Source: Candidatus Bathyarchaeota archaeon
GTDB lineage: Archaea; Thermoproteota; Bathyarchaeia; Bathyarchaeales; Bathycorpusculaceae
Length of the DNA stretch: 17,631 nt
Assembly (NCBI GenBank): GCA_963775895.1
Contig: CAVZKL010000003.1
Coordinates: 1 to 17,631, forward strand
Reading direction: 5' to 3'
The stretch's first letter is position 1; every line of letters starts with the position of its first letter. Of the stretch, positions 15,792-17,631 are shown piece by piece. The notes under the pieces were generated by a model. It saw nothing but the letters and a program-made list of their open reading frames with translations. It had not been told where the DNA came from and did no database searches. Position numbers and translations under genes: made by a program.

Positions 15792-17631
15792 ATGCCAAAG
15801 CTACGAACGATCATCCTAGTCATAGCTTTGATAGCAGTTTTCTCGGCACTGGCAGGACTGATCCATGCCGAAAGCTCGTATCAACCTCCCGTCGCATCCT
15901 TCACTTATTCACCAGACATTCCTGGTCCGCAGGATCTAATTGTCTTCAACGCGTCGAGCAGCTATTCTCCTAATGGGTATATTGTGCAATATACTTGGGA
16001 CTTTGGAGACGGTAACGTTTCAACGGTGAGCGACCCCTCGATAATGCACACATACTTCGTTGATGGTGATTACACGGTTCAGCTCACAGTCACCGACAAT
16101 GTCGGATACACTGCTGATGCCGTGGCAATCGTGCCAGTCAGATGTGTCGTTTTCTTCAGAGTTGTGATTCTTGGTACGACGATCCCGGTGGGAAACTTGA
16201 AGGTGACAGCTTATTACTATAATGGGAGCGCATGGGTCGTTGCTCCAGCCAGCAATAAAGGAATCGAAATAAAATACGACAACATGACACAACCCTACCT
16301 GGCAAACACCAATGCCCAGAAAAACAGAAACCCAGGTTACACAGCTTCAATTCTATGCCGCAACGCAAGCAACATAGGTTTTGACATTCATTCAATAACA
16401 TCCCGGGAAGTCTTCTTCAAGGTCGAATGGGGTTCATGGGTCGCGTACTGGCCCAACGAAACTACTCGAGTCTACACTTACAGTCCGAATCACGGCGGTA
16501 CGGTACAGGCCCACGATTATCATCCAGGCCATCAAGCATATTGGGACCCGACTGCGTCGGCTTACGTGATAAGGGCAGGAGACATAGCGGGAGCGGGTGT
16601 AAGTCCAACTCAAAGTCATCCCATCTTACTGGGCATCTATTGCCCTCCTCCAACGCCGATATACTATTTGACCGTAAACACCAGTCCTCAGGGCGTCACA
16701 ACCATCCCCGGTCAAGGATTCTACACCGCAAACACAACTGTCACGCTAACAGCCCCAACGTACGTCAACGTCTCAACTGGTAGCAGGTACAGATTCGACT
16801 ATTGGGACATTGGTGGAGTCTCACAGGCTAGCGGCGTGAACCCGATAAACGTGCTTGTGAATGCCAACCGAACTGCAACAGCTCACTACGTGACGCAATA
16901 CTCGACGACTTTCAGCCAAGCAGGTCTATCTTCAGACGCGACGGGCACAATTGTAACGATTAATGGCGTTCCACAGACCCTGACACAAATTCCGTGCGCA
17001 TTATGGGTCGACAGCGGAAGTTCCATCACTTACTCCTACAGCTTGACAGTTTCAAGCTCAGTTTCAGGAAAACGATTCAGACTTGACACCGTATCTGGGC
17101 CTTCCTCCCCGATCACAGTGTCCAGCGCGACAACGATCGCTGGCAACTATGTAACCCAATATCTAGTCACGTTTGCTCAGACTGGCTTGGATGCTACCGC
17201 GACAGGCACGGTTGCAACGGTCAATGGCACCACGAAACTCTACGGAGATTTACCATACAGCTTATGGGTTGACACTGGAAGCTCGATTACCTACTCTTAC
17301 GGTTCAACAGTTTCAAGCTCCACTTCGGGCAAACGTTTCAGACTCGGGACAGTAAGCGGTCCAGTTTCTCCGATTTCAACCAGTGGGCCCACAAACGTAA
17401 ATGGCAACTTCATCGTTCAGTATCTGATCACGTTCACGCAAACCGGTTTGGATCCATCAGCCACCGGCAACGTTCTTACAGTTAACGGCAATCCCAACGG
17501 AATAGCCAACCTGCCACTGAATGTTTGGGTTGACAGCGGTTCACTCATCACCTATGTGTACAGCAACGCATCGAGTTCCCTTGCTGGAAATCGGTTCATC
17601 TTGACAAGTTTCACAGGACCATCCTCCCCCG
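15792..17631 (+). CDS. Large secreted protein, 3'-truncated (at least 613 aa): signal peptide, PKD domain, unknown domain, InlB-B-repeat-like unit and tandem 87-aa repeats
   Basis: Absent from the ORF track because no stop falls in the window. My translation is open throughout: MPKLRTIILVIALIAVFSALAGLIHA-ESSYQPPVASFTYSP..YTWDFGDG..YTVQLTVTDN..YYLTVNTSP..GQGFY..RYRFDYW... Confidence 0.9.
   Translation, partial: MPKLRTIILVIALIAVFSALAGLIHAESSYQPPVASFTYSPDIPGPQDLIVFNASSSYSPNGYIVQYTWDFGDGNVSTVSDPSIMHTYFVDGDYTVQLTVTDNVGYTADAVAIVPVRCVVFFRVVILGTTIPVGNLKVTAYYYNGSAWVVAPASNKGIEIKYDNMTQPYLANTNAQKNRNPGYTASILCRNASNIGFDIHSITSREVFFKVEWGSWVAYWPNETTRVYTYSPNHGGTVQAHDYHPGHQAYWDPTASAYVIRAGDIAGAGVSPTQSHPILLGIYCPPPTPIYYLTVNTSPQGVTTIPGQGFYTANTTVTLTAPTYVNVSTGSRYRFDYWDIGGVSQASGVNPINVLVNANRTATAHYVTQYSTTFSQAGLSSDATGTIVTINGVPQTLTQIPCALWVDSGSSITYSYSLTVSSSVSGKRFRLDTVSGPSSPITVSSATTIAGNYVTQYLVTFAQTGLDATATGTVATVNGTTKLYGDLPYSLWVDTGSSITYSYGSTVSSSTSGKRFRLGTVSGPVSPISTSGPTNVNGNFIVQYLITFTQTGLDPSATGNVLTVNGNPNGIANLPLNVWVDSGSLITYVYSNASSSLAGNRFILTSFTGPSSP
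16896..17631 (+). repeat. Degenerate 261-nt (87-aa) tandem coding repeat, about 2.8 copies visible
   Basis: QY units start at 16896, 17157 and 17418; consensus QYxxTFxQxGLxxxATGxxxTxNG..P..WVDxGSxITYxY..SSS..GxRFxL..GPxSP. Confidence 0.9.

Noticed and set aside
211-17355. Remaining 60-120 aa antisense or alternate-frame ORFs nested in long genes
   Set aside because: They overlap well-supported CDSs and show no recognisable motifs.
1-17631. CRISPR arrays, tRNA/rRNA genes, IS elements or integrases
   Set aside because: None seen by eye; intergenic gaps are short and the only tandem repeat is the coding 261-nt unit.

Overview
Archaeal-looking window (BRE/TATA promoters, oligo-T terminators, PEF-like sorting tails, dense N-x-S/T sequons); Bathyarchaeia is my guess from protein motif style, not proven. 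Bases 1-5279 are an Opp/Dpp-type ABC importer (5'-truncated substrate-binding protein, oppBCDF) whose binding protein ends in a dockerin-like duplicated Ca-loop rather than a membrane anchor. Directly downstream is a run of secreted or surface proteins carrying about 7 cohesin-like and 2 further dockerin-like modules: a 2-cohesin protein hidden by frameshifts (5399-7319), a dockerin protein (7435-8442), a 3-cohesin+CARDB+dockerin adaptor (8539-10468), a cohesin+3xPKD membrane-anchored protein (10590-12149) and a cohesin with a PEL sorting tail (12233-13280). Two small membrane proteins, a beta-helix (NosD/CASH-like) surface protein and a 3'-truncated PKD/87-aa-repeat protein follow. Best hypothesis: a cellulosome-like cohesin-dockerin surface scaffold whose visible cargo is a transporter binding protein rather than glycoside hydrolases. 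Several genes carry single-base insertions that look like sequencing errors. All domain calls are by eye, without HMM searches.
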